Shown piece after piece: positions 24,779 to 38,236 of a stretch of DNA of 64,000 nucleotides (position 1 is its first letter; each line of letters begins with the position of its first letter). The stretch covers positions 992,001 to 1,056,000 of the forward strand of contig JAWMAR010000578.1 of the NCBI GenBank assembly GCA_036785375.1, written 5' to 3'. The DNA comes from Leucoraja ocellata (taxonomy: Eukaryota). Position numbers and translations under genes: made by a program. The notes under the pieces are model-generated. The model saw only the letters and a program-made list of their open reading frames with translations, was not told the DNA's origin and did not search any database.

Positions 24779-26002
24779 CTGTGAAAGTAATTTATATCGG
24801 CCATTAGTCAATTACCCTCTGGTGGCACAAATAATACGATTTTGAAACAAAATACTACCAGTCTCATAGAGAATGTATATACACTTCAGGATTCATACTA
24901 ATCCATGAGACTGCACCAACGTGCAAACAAATATGGAATTGCTATCCGTCATCTTTAATGATACACGGGCACGGGATTAAAAGTGCTTTACTGCAAGTTG
25001 GGGAACTGCTTCTAATGAGTTGAGAAAACAGTAGTTTATTCTAAAACTGTATTGCGCGCTACTGCTGGGATGGATTATTCTGTGTTTTAGTTTTGTTTGG
25101 TTGAGTTAGCGATCTTCCAGTGATCTGCCAGTAGCAAATTGTTATCAGATTTTTTTTTGCCATTCTTCATTAATTTTCTTTCCCTGATTTCACTTAGTGT
25201 TGATCTTCGGCGCTACTAATCATTCCTGGCCCACAGAACAACATTAGCTTTCTTCGTTATTGCTGATCATTTGTATGGACGTAAATGGAATCTGCTTTAG
25301 GGGGCAGACGAATAGTAAACTTAAAGTAGCAAACATTTAATATTACGTATTAAAAATGCTGATAATGCAAAGTACAATTTTAAGATTCGCTGATAGACAG
25401 TTTAACCTATATTCCCATGGGGTAAATTCTACGTTGAACCTGCCTGCACAATTGTCAGGAAATCAACGGTCGCTAGGAAATAAGAGTTGTTCATATTGTC
25501 CTTGGGCTGAAATCATCCAACATTGTGTACTCTTCTTATCGAGACCACACACAAGATTAGAAGTTGTTCAACCAGAGCGGAACACAAGTCTCGGCATCTG
25601 CATACAATGGTGTCTGTTCTTGTGCTTCTAGTGCGTAGTGGTGGAAAGATTGGTGAAAGCAGGGCCGGGCGTGAACGCTCTTTCCTTGACCCCATTCCAA
25701 ACTTGGTAGATTGAAAGTGTTATCACTGCACTCTGCTTAATATCCCTCGGCTTCGGCACCACTACCGAATTTCGGTGAATTCAATAACCGATGGAGACAC
25801 CAAAAATAAACGACGATTGAAACATTGACATGGGAAGATGTAAGATTTATATCTTAAGTTTTATTTTTGTCATTATTAATGGTCAGCTTTATTCTCAATT
25901 ATTTTATTGTTTTGCAATCGAATAGCATTTACTGCCCTTGGTTTTTTTTAACCACCATTATGATTAATACCGAAAATAGTGTAAAATATGTATAATTCTC
26001 AC

Positions 26003-26101
26003 CATTTTGTGCCTTTAATTGGAGTCTTATCAAGATAATGACCAAAACTAAAACTGCCAACACACCCACTGCGCATCCGATAATTAGGTTTTTATCTGCA
26101 T
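26003..26101 (-). CDS. E-derived second TM exon downstream of gene C's own TM: (D)ADKNLIIGCAVGVLAVLVLVIILIRLQLKAQN(G)
   Basis: ccataag acceptor after a pyrimidine tract, AATG|gtgaga donor, 99 nt phase 1-1; homologous to the D TM exon (LILGCVLGVLAIL..LRIKATN). Confidence 0.7.
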
Positions 26102-26280
26102 CTTATGGATCAAGAGAGAAACAGGAAAAACGTGAATGATATAATATATAGGAAATATATACACATTTAGGAATTTAGCGATAACACAGAACACCTCAAT
26201 GGTTTATTAGCCTTTGAGCTTCTTGCTCCATGATTGATTTGTGATTTTGAAACATTGATCTCTCATTACGAATAAACACG

Positions 26281-26313
26281 GGCCTACTCCTGCACCTATT
26301 TTCCATGTTTCTA
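26281..26313 (+). mobile_element. CR1 family-1 3' tail filler at the duplication junction
   Basis: ggcctactcctgcacctattttccatgtttcta matches the CR1 end ggcctactcctgcacctaatttctatgtttcta. Confidence 0.8.
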
Positions 26314-26740
26314 TGTACTCTTTCGTGATGTTGCGCCCACTGGACCTAAATTTTAACTGAAACTTTAAAATTGTGATGGTTTATAAGGAATCGTGTCCAT
26401 GTCAAAACAGCAATGTAATGTAAAAATAAGGAGATGATTGGTTTTGTTCATTGCCACAGAAAACCACAGTTGTTTTTTCTTCAAAATCGTAATATTCCAT
26501 TGCACTCATTATCCATCACACTGGATGTTTGAATAATTCCTTATATTTGAAAATATATGCAAAGGTGATAATTGAATAATCCAATTCCAAGCTGATATAA
26601 TTGAATTTGAAGATCCATCATATATTATCACAGACATATATCAAAACCGGCTTCAGAAATCTCTTTGAGCAAACACCATTGACATATCCATGCTGTTTTT
26701 AACCATAGAAATGATTATTGTAAATTACCAAGATTCTTAC

Positions 26741-26851
26741 CGGGCCACATCTTTAAACTGAGTCTTATCACGATTATAATCAGAATTAAAAGTACTGATC
26801 CACCTACTGCATATACGATAATCTGTTTGCGATCAATTCCTGATGAAGCAA
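26741..26851 (-). CDS. Gene C own TM exon: (V)ASSGIDRKQIIVYAVGGSVLLILIIIVIRLSLKMWP(G)
   Basis: Duplicate of 12276-12386; the upstream acceptor (exon start 26866) gives V-S-stop. Confidence 0.8.
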
Positions 26852-27371
26852 CTGAAAATTAAGAAACTGTAAAGAATTTATACATTTCAGAACAAATATA
26901 CAAACGGCAGTCAAGAAGGTAAATCATTTCGTAGGTGCATTTTAATACCCACATCGGAAAGTTTGGAAGGTATATCATGCGGCACCAGGTGGAAGTTAGT
27001 AATGGAATCCACAGGACAAACAAATGCAATTGTATTGTGCCCATGTGCGGAGAGCTGCTTACTAACGTTAAACGGAATTTAGGTTTTATCTTCATATATT
27101 TCACCAGACAGCGGAATACCGCATATCCCAGGACGTTTTTGCTCATTACAAACACTATATCAATTCAGTTTGTCAATTCATCTCACACGGATTTCCTTAC
27201 AAGAACTGATGGAGTGCAATTCATTTTATGCAGCATACATGTGTTGCTTTCATGCGAACAAATGCGAGCCACATTTACCTTTCGCTCCGTGTACGGAAAG
27301 CTGTCCAGTTATTAATCTGATCGAATTTGATCTACCGCCCCAATATCACGTATAACTGGCTCCAATCTTAC

Positions 27372-27665
27372 CTTGGCCCAGGGTATAACTGAAACTGGCC
27401 GCCACCTTCAGGGAGACATGCGATACCAGACAGGTGTAAATATCTTTGCCCTCCCCAGGCTGCGTTATTTCCAAAGAACTAGTAGCCACAAACAATCCTT
27501 CTTCGCTCGGTTTTTTCACAGTTTCGATTCCAGTGCGAATTTCCTCGTTATTTCTTAGCCAAAATATTTCTAATTTCTCCGGATAAAAGGCGCCAGTTTT
27601 GCACACAAGTTTCCGTGGAGAGCCAAGTCCTTCAGCAGGAACAATTGTCAAGGGAGTTGGGGGAT
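27372..27665 (-). CDS. Gene C C1-set Ig domain exon
   Basis: LVCKTGAFYP..W..YTCLVSH; open 294-nt exon with intact splice sites. Confidence 0.9.
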
Positions 27666-29686
27666 CTTAAGCAAAGAAAAAAAAATGTATCGGTGTTCGC
27701 TTTCCATTTCATTGCAAATATTTACATTTTATCTCGCCACCGAGTCGTACTTGTCAAGACCAAATTATTTAATATTTAAACTTCCCAGTTTGTCGTTCAT
27801 TTATACTCCCTTTCCTAGCGGACACACGGACGAACTCCACCAAGATACAAAGAGGGTGAATTAAAGGAGTGCCAACAGAATTTAAGGAGTTCCAAAATAA
27901 ACTCTGTTCTGAATGGACGTTCCCCGGTATCGCGCGAAAGTTTTTGCTAGAAGCCTGCCGTGATTATTTAAAAGTGGCCATGTTCGGATCATTCATATGT
28001 TGCAAAAGAAATGGAGCCATCATAATCGAAATATAACAGATTTGTATAGTGTGGTGACAGGAAGCGGTTATACATGAAGATTAATGATTAATCCCGTTAG
28101 CACTTTAAGTAGTATATGAACTAAATCTCCTCGCCCTGGTCAAAAACACCCACTTCAACACCTAATCACTATACTCTACTCTACTCACTCCGACCTGCGC
28201 GAGATAACCACATGAGGTGTTTGCGCAGTAATCAACCAGAACCAGAACCAGATATGGGTTTGAAATGCCGATCACAACCATTTACCTGCATGTGAACCAA
28301 GTGCTGGAACACCTACCTTTCTCGCGCATTGAATGCTTATAGTGAAACACCGTGGTATATATTACAAGCAATCTACGAGCGCACTTATTCTGTGTCAGTA
28401 TGTAGGAAAGAACTACAGAAGCTGGTTTAAACCGAACAACAACATCTCTTCGGAGAAGGAATGGGTGACGTTTCAGATCGAGGTTTGAAGAAGGGTATCG
28501 ACCCCAAACGTCACTCATTCCTTCTACCCAGAGATGCTGCCTGCCCCGCTGAGTTACTCCAGCATTTTGTGTCTCTATACAAATCAGTTCCATCTGTTGT
28601 GCCAACTTGGCGACAGTGAATCGACAACGTTAGATCGGCGTTAATGATGGTAGCTTGCAGAAGCCAAACGATGGAAAATAACAAGCTCTGTTTCTCGCTG
28701 TGCTGATTCTACTCATTTACGTCTGCACGTAAAAGGTCCTATATTTGGCATTTATTAACGCGAACTCCTTCCGTACGAGCTGCAGCCGGTGTCTAACTGG
28801 ACGGGGAGTTAATTGTTGGGTTGCTTTGTCGGTTTATTACAAATCTTTAGAAAGCTTGACTTAATTCACTTAATCAGGATAATCTTTAATGATGAAATAA
28901 ATGTTACTGATTATTCCCGGACTTTAAATAATTTCATTTGAGATGTTGTTTACTTCTTTTTTTCCCCCGTACGGTGCCACATTGGTTGAATAGACTGAGG
29001 TTATGCCTGACAAAATTAGTATCAAGCGATTTCAAAAAAAAGAAAAAAGATTTCATTGAAGTCAGCTTGGAATCAGCAGCGATGAGTCCCACATGTTGGA
29101 AGACCAAGGTCCTTGGGTTGCAGCAGCACATTGGTCTTATGAGGTTCCAAAGCTGTCGATGTAGAATAGAGGCATGACAGACTCTACCATCGACGTATTA
29201 AAATTGCTCCTACTCTATTTTCTTAGTGATGAGAAACCTGGACATCACACTCCAGCCACTCAAACTAACAGGAATATCATTTAAATATCTCATCGCAAAA
29301 CATTTCTAACCACACCTCAGAATGAATTCCTTCCATCTCAGCATTTACCCGTTCTTAGCGATAAATCCATCTGGGAGATTGGCTTAAAATTCGGGACCGC
29401 TAAATGAATGGGCTGCGCCCATTCATAGCGGCAATGAAAAGGAGTCTCGCAAAGTATCGTACAATGAACAGAATAACCCTCAATGCCCACGCGTCCCACA
29501 AGTGCTACTCGACCTGCTGGTTATGTCCATTGTGCTTTGTTTTATTTTGAATTACTGGTCCCTGTAATTTAAAATTGTTATTACTGGATATTTATCAACA
29601 GGCGATTTTTCATATTATCCTCGCGACTAGACTTTACAAATGACATAGAACTGAAAATTGTTTATTTCCCTAACACACACACTCAC

Positions 29687-29992
29687 CAAATACGGTGATT
29701 CGGCTGCCACTTCCATTTCTGATAACCTGCTGCTGGAACTTTACTTGACAGTAATACAGGCCGGAGTCAGCTACACGCACATGTTGGAGAGTAAATGTTC
29801 CGCTTCCAGAATCTATGGTAAATTGTTTTCTATTGTCCGGTTCAAGGAATGTCTTCATGCCGCCCCTCCACCAATTAACGCTAATATTGCCTTTCGATAT
29901 TGGAAATGTGCAATACATGATAGCATGTTCACCGCCGCCAACGTCCAAGTTGACAGGGAATTGGGACACTCGGGTCGGATAGACTTCGGTAG
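29687..29992 (-). CDS. Gene C VJ-type V-set Ig domain exon
   Basis: MYC..WWR..DSGLYYC..RNGSGSRITV; 306 nt with intact splice sites. Confidence 0.92.
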
Positions 29993-30185
29993 CTGTCGGG
30001 ACACAAGCAAGAACAATTGAAACAGTTGTAAACACTGGACAGAGAAAACAGGAACCAACTGTCGAAAAGCACGAAACAACTATAAACCCGCGAGGGCCTA
30101 ATAGATGAACCTAATAGCTCGAAACCAGGTCCGAATTTTCGTAAAATAATACTTAGACCAGAAATGGCACACATTTTAACTATAC

Positions 30186-30240
30186 CCTGCGTTAGTATGA
30201 CCAGAAGAGCCATGGACCAAACTCTAACTTTCACCGACAT
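30186..30240 (-). CDS. Gene C signal peptide exon (MSVKVRVWSMALLVILTQ/G)
   Basis: Same peptide as the gene B leader. Confidence 0.85.
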
Positions 30241-33200
30241 ATTACAAGAATAAATTGCCAACTTGTTGTTAGTTTACTCAAAACTTGCTCTGCGGAAAAG
30301 GAAATTATGAGTAAATATATGAAACGCGACCGTGACGTAATATATCCCACGACTGTGGCTCGTGCGGCGGGAGAGGTCATAGTTCGGCCCATTCCCATTG
30401 TAACAAAGCCTTCCAATACTTCCTGAAACATGTTCACAACCTCCTCCCGTAGCATCCAGATTTTTACTCAGAATTAAATATGCATCAGCTGCCTACTCAG
30501 TTAATTTTCACAAATCGTTTCGGCGTAGAAGGTAAGGAGTGCTTGTGAATATTTAGATGCACAAACGTAGACACCCACCTTCCTTTGAATCTCCCCCCCC
30601 CCCCCCTTCCCAATTTGTGTTGTGCTCTTTCGCTCTTTCGATTATATACATTCAAGCAACAATTTTGTTCAGCCCTCACCATCGCCATCCGCAGCTTTCT
30701 ATTGATTATGTTTCCATCTGACGCTTTATCAATAACTCCGGTTGCTATTCCTACAAAACCAAATCTCCATGCTGGTTTTTGTTAACTAATATTTCTACTA
30801 TTTTCATAAACACCATTGCAGCAATATTCTATGGGGAGTCCAGCAGAAAATTGGTGCCAAGCCGCGACAGCTAACGTATGAATGAAATCTATGTTTTTTC
30901 TTCCGATAATGCCCAGTAGAGCAATCAACATGCTGTTGACATCCACACAACACAGGAGAATAGGGGCTGTAAATTAATCGAATGGGCCAATATAAATTAG
31001 GGAGATTTAACCCAAACTTTAAATTTCCTCCAAAGTATTGTTTTAAAAATCGTAGAAATGAAGGATTACTTAAAGTTTGGACTACAGGCAAGAAGCCAAC
31101 GTGGTGAGCGAGGCGGTTTGTACTCTTTATGTTTTCCCCGTATCGTGGTTATACTCACATTCCTCTGCACAAACCAATGATTTTGGCTTCAGAACACACA
31201 TTAAATTGCACGAGTAGAAACCTGTTGTAGGCCAAATGGTTAAGTAATTTTCGTGTAATTTAACTGTTTGATGCGCCTCACTTAGAGACCTTGTGCCGTT
31301 CAATGGAAGGACATAATATTCCAAATATACACAGTAATTCTCTGGATATTTTTTAAATTACTGAAATCGGGCAGGACCGTATCGCAGCGGTAAAGTTGCT
31401 GCACTTACAGCGCCAGAGACCTGGGTTCGATCCCGACTGCGGGTGCTGTCTGTATGGAGTTTGTACGTTCGTCCCGTGACTGGCTTGGGTTTTCTCTGGG
31501 CGCTCCGGTTTCCGCCCACATTCCAAAGACGTACATGTTCGTAGGTTGATTGGCTTCGGTAAAGATTGTAAATTGTCCCTAGCTTGCAGGATAGTGCTAA
31601 TGTACGGGGTGATCGCTGGTCGGCGCGGACTCTGTGGGTCGAAGGGCCTGTTTCCGCGCTGTATCTCTAAACTATTGCTTCTGTAAATGGCTTCTATTTG
31701 AACTTCCATGTAAAGATTGCGTAATATTCGGGTTTTAAGTCTGTCCACATTAACCGTTCAAACGAGGAGCTGCAACAAGAACATTCCGGTTTGTGATGCT
31801 GGTCTTGAAGATAATGAAGACTGGACTCAGATTTAAAGCGGCACGTTGTTTCTTTTTTAGTGAAGACAGCAGTGTAAAGAAACCAGCGGCAGTTCGAGAA
31901 AACCTCAGTACACGGCAAATCTGACAAATTAAGGATTTCTGTGCATGTTTACAAGCTACTGTCAGCGATGGGCTGTTCTGCAATAATGGACCAATAATAA
32001 TCTTACAAAATGGATTTGAAGACATTTTACTTGCCACATTTTGAGGAAATGCATCGGTATATTCCCATTGTTTAATAGAAAAAAATATTGTGATACCGCA
32101 AGCGACTTCTGAAAAAGATCATGTTTGCATTATTAATTTTGCTTCGATTAAATGTTTCCAAGACGGCTCCTATATTTTTACAGTTTCATTAAATTAGATT
32201 CATTTAGTAAACAGCAGGCGCGGAAAGCTTTGGGCAACATAATTTTGTTTTCCATAACGTTAGACCCTTACATTGTTGATGACGTCATCGCAGATGCGTT
32301 TTCCAAATATTATTAACAATGTCTGATGGGAATAATTGGTTAGATTGCGTTTTTATTCTCCTTTCGACAAGATGTGTTGGATTGCCATTAACAAGAAAAT
32401 ACTGTTTTCTCCCGTTTGGTGGAAATGACTGGAATCCTGCAACAGGCCAGATTGAGAAATAGAACTAACGTCTCGAGTTGATCATTCCTGTTATAATATA
32501 GAAATATTTACTGTTTAACTTTCTCCACAGATTGTCCTCGACGACCTAGAATTCACAATATTTCGTGATTAATTTCAGATTACAAAGTATCTGCAATCTA
32601 GCATTATCCAGTAATTATCTTGCCGCAACTTTTTTTCCAAGTGATCGCAGCGGTAGAGTTGCTGCCTAACAGCACTTGCAGCGCCGGGGACCCGGGTTCG
32701 ACCCCGACTACGGGGACTGTCTGTACGGGGTTTGTACGTTCTCTCCGTGACCGCGTGGGCTTTCTTTCTCCGGTTTCTTCCCACACTCCAAAGACGTGCA
32801 GGCATGTAGGTAAATGGCTTGGTAAATGTAAAAAATGTCCCTAGCGTGGGTAGGATAGTGTTAATATGCGGTGATCGCTTATCGGCGCGGACCCGATGGG
32901 CGAAGGGCCAGTTTTCGCGCTGCATCTCTAAACTAAATTAAACAAAACTGGAATTTAGATGTAGACTGAAGATGTAAATGCACTAAATGCATATCTCCGA
33001 CGGTCATCAATTGCGACATTATGCCAGTCCATCTGCATTCTCCTTATCCATTCGAGCGCCTCCTAAAGTCTATGAACTATATAGTTAATGCCAGCAAGTT
33101 GCCTCTAATTACAGGCGATATCTTCTTATTATCAATAGAATCATCACAACTTGTCAAATGTTGTATGGAATACGAACTAAGCGCACCCACATAGGTCAAG

Positions 33201-36200
33201 TGCACAGGGGTAGTTTGACCAGTAACCCTCACGGATATATTTCAGCTCCTCTATGCCGGAGAGGCACCGCAAGTCTCTGCTCTTCTGAGCAGAAGTGACA
33301 ACGCGTCAACCATGTGAAATACCCGGGACTCCAAGCAGGCAAGAATGATGAAACGGATAATATTTTTGAAACATTTAGTTTCATCTTGACTTAAAATGCG
33401 CCAGGTAATGGCACATCGGTCCATGCTCTCAGAGAAAGGGTAACAATGAACACGATTGGTCTTTATTCTTTGGAGCGCAGCAGGTTAAGGGGGGACTTGA
33501 TAGGTCTTTAAAATTATGAGAGGGATAGACAGAGTTGACGGAGATAAGCTTTTCCCATTGAGAGTAGGGAAGATTCAAACAAGAGGACATGATTTGAGAA
33601 TTAAGGGACAAAAGTTTACGAGTAACACGAGGGGGAACATCTTTACTCAGAGAGTGGTAGCTGTGTGGAACGAGCTTCCAGTGGAAGTGGTGGAGGCAGG
33701 TTCGATTTTATCATTTAAAAATAAATTGGATAGGTATATGGACGGCTATATGGAGGGTTATGGTCTGAGTGCAGGTAGCTGGGACTAGGTGAGAGTAAGT
33801 GTTCGGCACGGACTAGAAGGGCCGAGATGGCCTGTTTCCGTGCTGTAATTGTTATATGGTTATATTATATGGTTATATTTAAAAATCAGCCATTTAATTG
33901 CCATGAAGAAGTTTACCTCGAATTTATTTTTTCCCCAGAACGAACACGAAATAATGAAGGAAAGACCAATAAAGGAAAGAAGGGTTTCAACCCGAAACGT
34001 CACCCATTCCTTCTCTCCAGTGATGCTGCCTGTCCCGCTGTGTTACTCCAGCATTGTGTGCCTTCCTGCCAAATAATGAAGATTACAGTACAACCTTAGA
34101 AATGTTTCATTGACGGAGGCAGACTTTTAAGAAATGGTCTTAAATTATACTTCTTGGTCTACACTTAAGTTTCCAAGGTGATAACGCGAGCTGTCGGTGA
34201 CTTGTTTGTTTCAGATAGGCACAGCATTCGACCGCAAGCCTTTCCATGACGTCGCCAGCAGACTCGCGAAAACAGTTCTATTCTCATGCTGTGTGTTATT
34301 TCTATTTTGTCAAGCTAGAAATGCAGCGGTCAGTTAGTTAGTCAGTAGACGATGGAAAAAAAACTTAGTTCCGTTCCATCTTTTTTATAGAAACATTGCA
34401 GAAGCTCGCATGGACACATTCGTGTTTGCTAATTACAAGCAGAAGTCCAAAAGATATCTGATTCGGAAGGCATAACGCTTCGTCCTAATGGAACAAATAT
34501 GAGGCATCTAAAATAGCGCAGAACAAGGACGGCGTATACGCATATACATAATTTAATTTAAATATGCAGATTTATAATTCGCAGATGAAGTAGTGAGAAT
34601 CGAACTCAGGTCTCCGAAAGCAAATAGATTATAAAACATACAATAGTTAAACATTGCAATGGGTCTCTCGGACTAGTATGTCTACGCGGAACATGATGCG
34701 AAGATAAACTAATCTCCTCTATCTGCATATGATCCACATCCCACCATGCCTGCAATATTTCTGAAGAAGGGTCTCGACGCGAAACGTCACCCATTCCATT
34801 TCTCCAGAGATGCTGCCTGTCCCGCTGAGTTCTCAAGCTTTTTGTGTCTATCGTCGGTTTAAACCAGCATCTGCAGTTCCTTCGTACATATTTATATGCC
34901 TATCGAAAATACTCTTCAAAAACTGCTGTCTTGCCTTCTTCCAGCACCCGTGGTAACGCGTTGTATGCACTTTCTGCGTCAAAACCTGGCCCAGCATAAC
35001 TCTACACCTTAGACGTTAAAACAATACCTTGCTATCTTTCATAGGTTCCGACGAAAACACTATCCGTGCCTCTCGTAATTTCCAATTATTCAGCCAGGTG
35101 GCCAGTCTCAGAAGAAAACACGTCAAGAGCGTTTTATTGTCATATGTCCCAGATAGAACAACGACATTCTTATTTCCAGCAGCACAACAGAATATGTAAA
35201 GATAGTACACTGTGAGCAATACAATAAACGGGAAAAGAATCCAGTGTGTGTATATATAATATACATTTACACACACACATATATCTATATTTCTAAAAGT
35301 CTGATCTTGACCACTTCCTGTTGTTCTGTATATTGATTTTTAGAAATAACGCTGCCACTGATGGCTGTGATTTTTGGCCAGCTTACTTAGTCCCCTTCCG
35401 CTGCGCAGGACAGGAGGATTTTTCCCATCGATTAAAAATAAAAGAGTTATTAGTGTTTTTTAAATGTTGAGATTCTCTCCCCTGAAGGGACTATAAAACC
35501 CGGAAGTGTTGAGTGCCTCAGCCAGTCTCTGCAAGATGGGGGCGAGAGAGGGTAATGTCTCTCAATCTGAGCTGTAAATAATACTGAACACATGTCTACT
35601 AAACTGTGAGTGGTTTTACTGACCTGTCAGTGCCCTTAATGTGGTTTGAAAATACAGTTTGGAAATGCTAAATCTGTGCTGCCTTTGGTTTGGAAATGCT
35701 AAAGCTGTGTTGCCTAATTAAAGTTGCCTTGCCTAATTAAAGTTGCATAATTAAAGTTGCCTTGTCTAATTAAAGCTTCCTTGCCTAATTAAAGTTGCCT
35801 TGCCTAATTAAAGTTGCCTTGCCGAATTAAAGTTGCCTTGCCTTCTATATAATAAAAGTCTAATCTTGACCACTTCCCGTTTACGCTTTGTATTGATTTT
35901 ATAAACAATGCTACCACGTACGGCTGTGATTTTTGGACATCTTACTCAGAGTACCCCTCCACTCATCAGGTGCCGAGGATTTTTCCCATCGATGAAAAAT
36001 AAAAGCGTTATTATTAGTGTTTTAAAAAATGTTGATATTCTCTCTCCTGTTAATCACGCCATGAAGGCCACGCGCCTTCTGGTGGGAGGGGGGTGGGAGG
36101 GACTATAAAACCCAGAAGTGTGGGCGTGGCTCATTCTCTGCAAGATGGAGGAGGGAGAGGTGACGACTGCTGTCTTTAGTGGCCTTGCACCCTGCTTGAA

Positions 36201-38086
36201 ATGGTATGAAACTGCACTTGAATTTGATGGCCTTGCACCCTGCTTGAAATGGAATTTCAAGGAATAGCAGTGAGTCAACTGCCAGCCCACCAGCCGTGAG
36301 TGAGTGAGCTGCCAGTACAACAGGCATGTGTGACTGAGCCGCCAGCCCAAGAATCCATTCGGTCCACTGTGTCCATACTAGCCCTCTGGAAACCAGTCCC
36401 TTCAGCCCACAACACCATACTAGCGCTCCAGAAAGCCCCCCCCCCCCCCCCCACTGGTCACCAATATTAGTATTGGTTGAGAGGTGGGTTACTTGAAGTT
36501 GGAGGTCAATATTCATACCGCTGTAGGGGAAGCTTCCCAAGCGAAATAGTCGGTGCTCTTCCTCCAATTTGCACTGAGCCCCACTCTGATGGGGATGTTA
36601 AAGTGTTTAGTAATGGGAGATCTGGTAGGTTTATGCGGAGGTTTATGCTTCGCTACTAAACTGTGGGAAATCGATTTCCTGTGGTCATTAGGAATAGTAC
36701 TTAGCGAAGAGAATTTGCAGATAATTGTCCTGGTCAATCTTGTGGATACTTGATTTTGAAATAAATTATCCAGGTTTGCAGGTATGTGGCCCGCTGCTTG
36801 AGTCGGTGGCACAAGTTCAGGTGTCAGGGGTTATGGGGAGAAGACAGGAGAGTGGAGATAGGAGGGAGAGATAGATCACCCATGGTTGAATGGCGGAGTA
36901 GACTTGATGGGACGAATGGCCTAATTCTATTCCTATCACTTATGACCTTATGACAAGTTAAACTCATTCACAAGAGTTAATGTTATTAAACTATTCATAA
37001 GAGCAGTAGATTATAATTTCAGATAAGGGGAAATCGCGCTATTGAGAAGTGAGAAGGATAGGCAAACACGAATAAATTGCCACATTAACCCAAGAGCAAG
37101 AGTATACATATGGCCTGTGGCACACTCTGGCATTCACATTATTTCACTATGTCATAGGTGCATCAGTGGAAAGAATCATAAACAGTTTGCAATTTGTGCA
37201 CAGTCTTGATATTTATTAAGTTGCATCACCATCCAGTGTGGACGATTTAATTCACACCTTTAGTTGAATACAGCACAATGGATTTAATGTAAACAGAAAT
37301 CTACCTATGTAAGCGCTCAGTCCGCCAAGGTCTGCTGGTGCTTCCAGTCACTACATGCTGATGCACGTACTGATTTGCTTTGCTTTTTACGTGGAACATA
37401 TGAAGTTACCAACAGTAATGTCTGGGCAAATGGAACCATCCGTGCAGAACTGGCACCTGACAGAACTTACATCTTCTGTTCCACTGTAGGTGGCTATGCC
37501 ACTGACGTCACTGAGGCGCTTTGCTCCGCCAGGCTATCATCAAATGACTGACTAATACCATTTCATTACAAGTGTATTCAATGGTAGTGCACTTGATTGG
37601 TTGATGGGTTTCTTCGGATTTCCTTCTCTGGTTTGTGTTGACGTTAGTGTATTTCGAAACAAATGAGAGGACAAAGGCTCAGGTGCATTGAAAAAGCATG
37701 GAATTTAATGAAGGGAAAATATATTGGTTGCACAACTGAATAATCGGCGTTTTTTTTTAAATCAGACATCATTAAGTGACATGTTATCACGAACGGACGT
37801 GGCCATAGTTTCTTCACAAAGCACCAGCGAAATTATTCACATTCGTGAACAGAAGTAAAATAAACAAACACGATTTTTAAAATTTACAACAAATGCAAAC
37901 TGGCACTTTCATCCCTGCTTTCAGAAAGTGTTGGATGCTTGTTAGATGACGGTCATTTACACCAAAACATTGACTCAATGCAGGTGAAAACGACCTGCAG
38001 CTCCAACGATTGTTACCATGGGAGTTCATTAGCTTGGCTGCAATGATCAGAAAGTAGCAATATTTCCGCCTGCAATTATTCACAGT

Positions 38087-38236
38087 CTACAGCTTCGATT
38101 CCCAGCTTCGCTCCTTCTTTAAAACATTTCCATCTGCATAAGGTACATGTTCCTCTTTCTGGTTAAATGTTACTGCTGATTGGAGTTGAGTAACTGCAAA
38201 TCGACATGATATAACGTAGAATCTATCATCTTTAGT
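38087..38236 (-). pseudogene. Pseudogene E terminal cytoplasmic exon
   Basis: Copy of 24629-24778 lying downstream of the E TM and C1 exons. Confidence 0.55.

Larger units (their letters stand above)
11815..26280. repeat. Tandem segmental duplication, unit 1 (~14.5 kb)
   Basis: Collinear with 26315-40893 at roughly 95-97% identity by eye; offset 14465-14475 at gene exons. Confidence 0.95.

Noticed and set aside
25560-25705. Degenerate penultimate cytoplasmic exon of pseudogene E (QEQTPLYAD-like; copy ~39660-39790)
   Set aside because: Position fits, but there are no convincing splice sites or continuous frame; not supportable.
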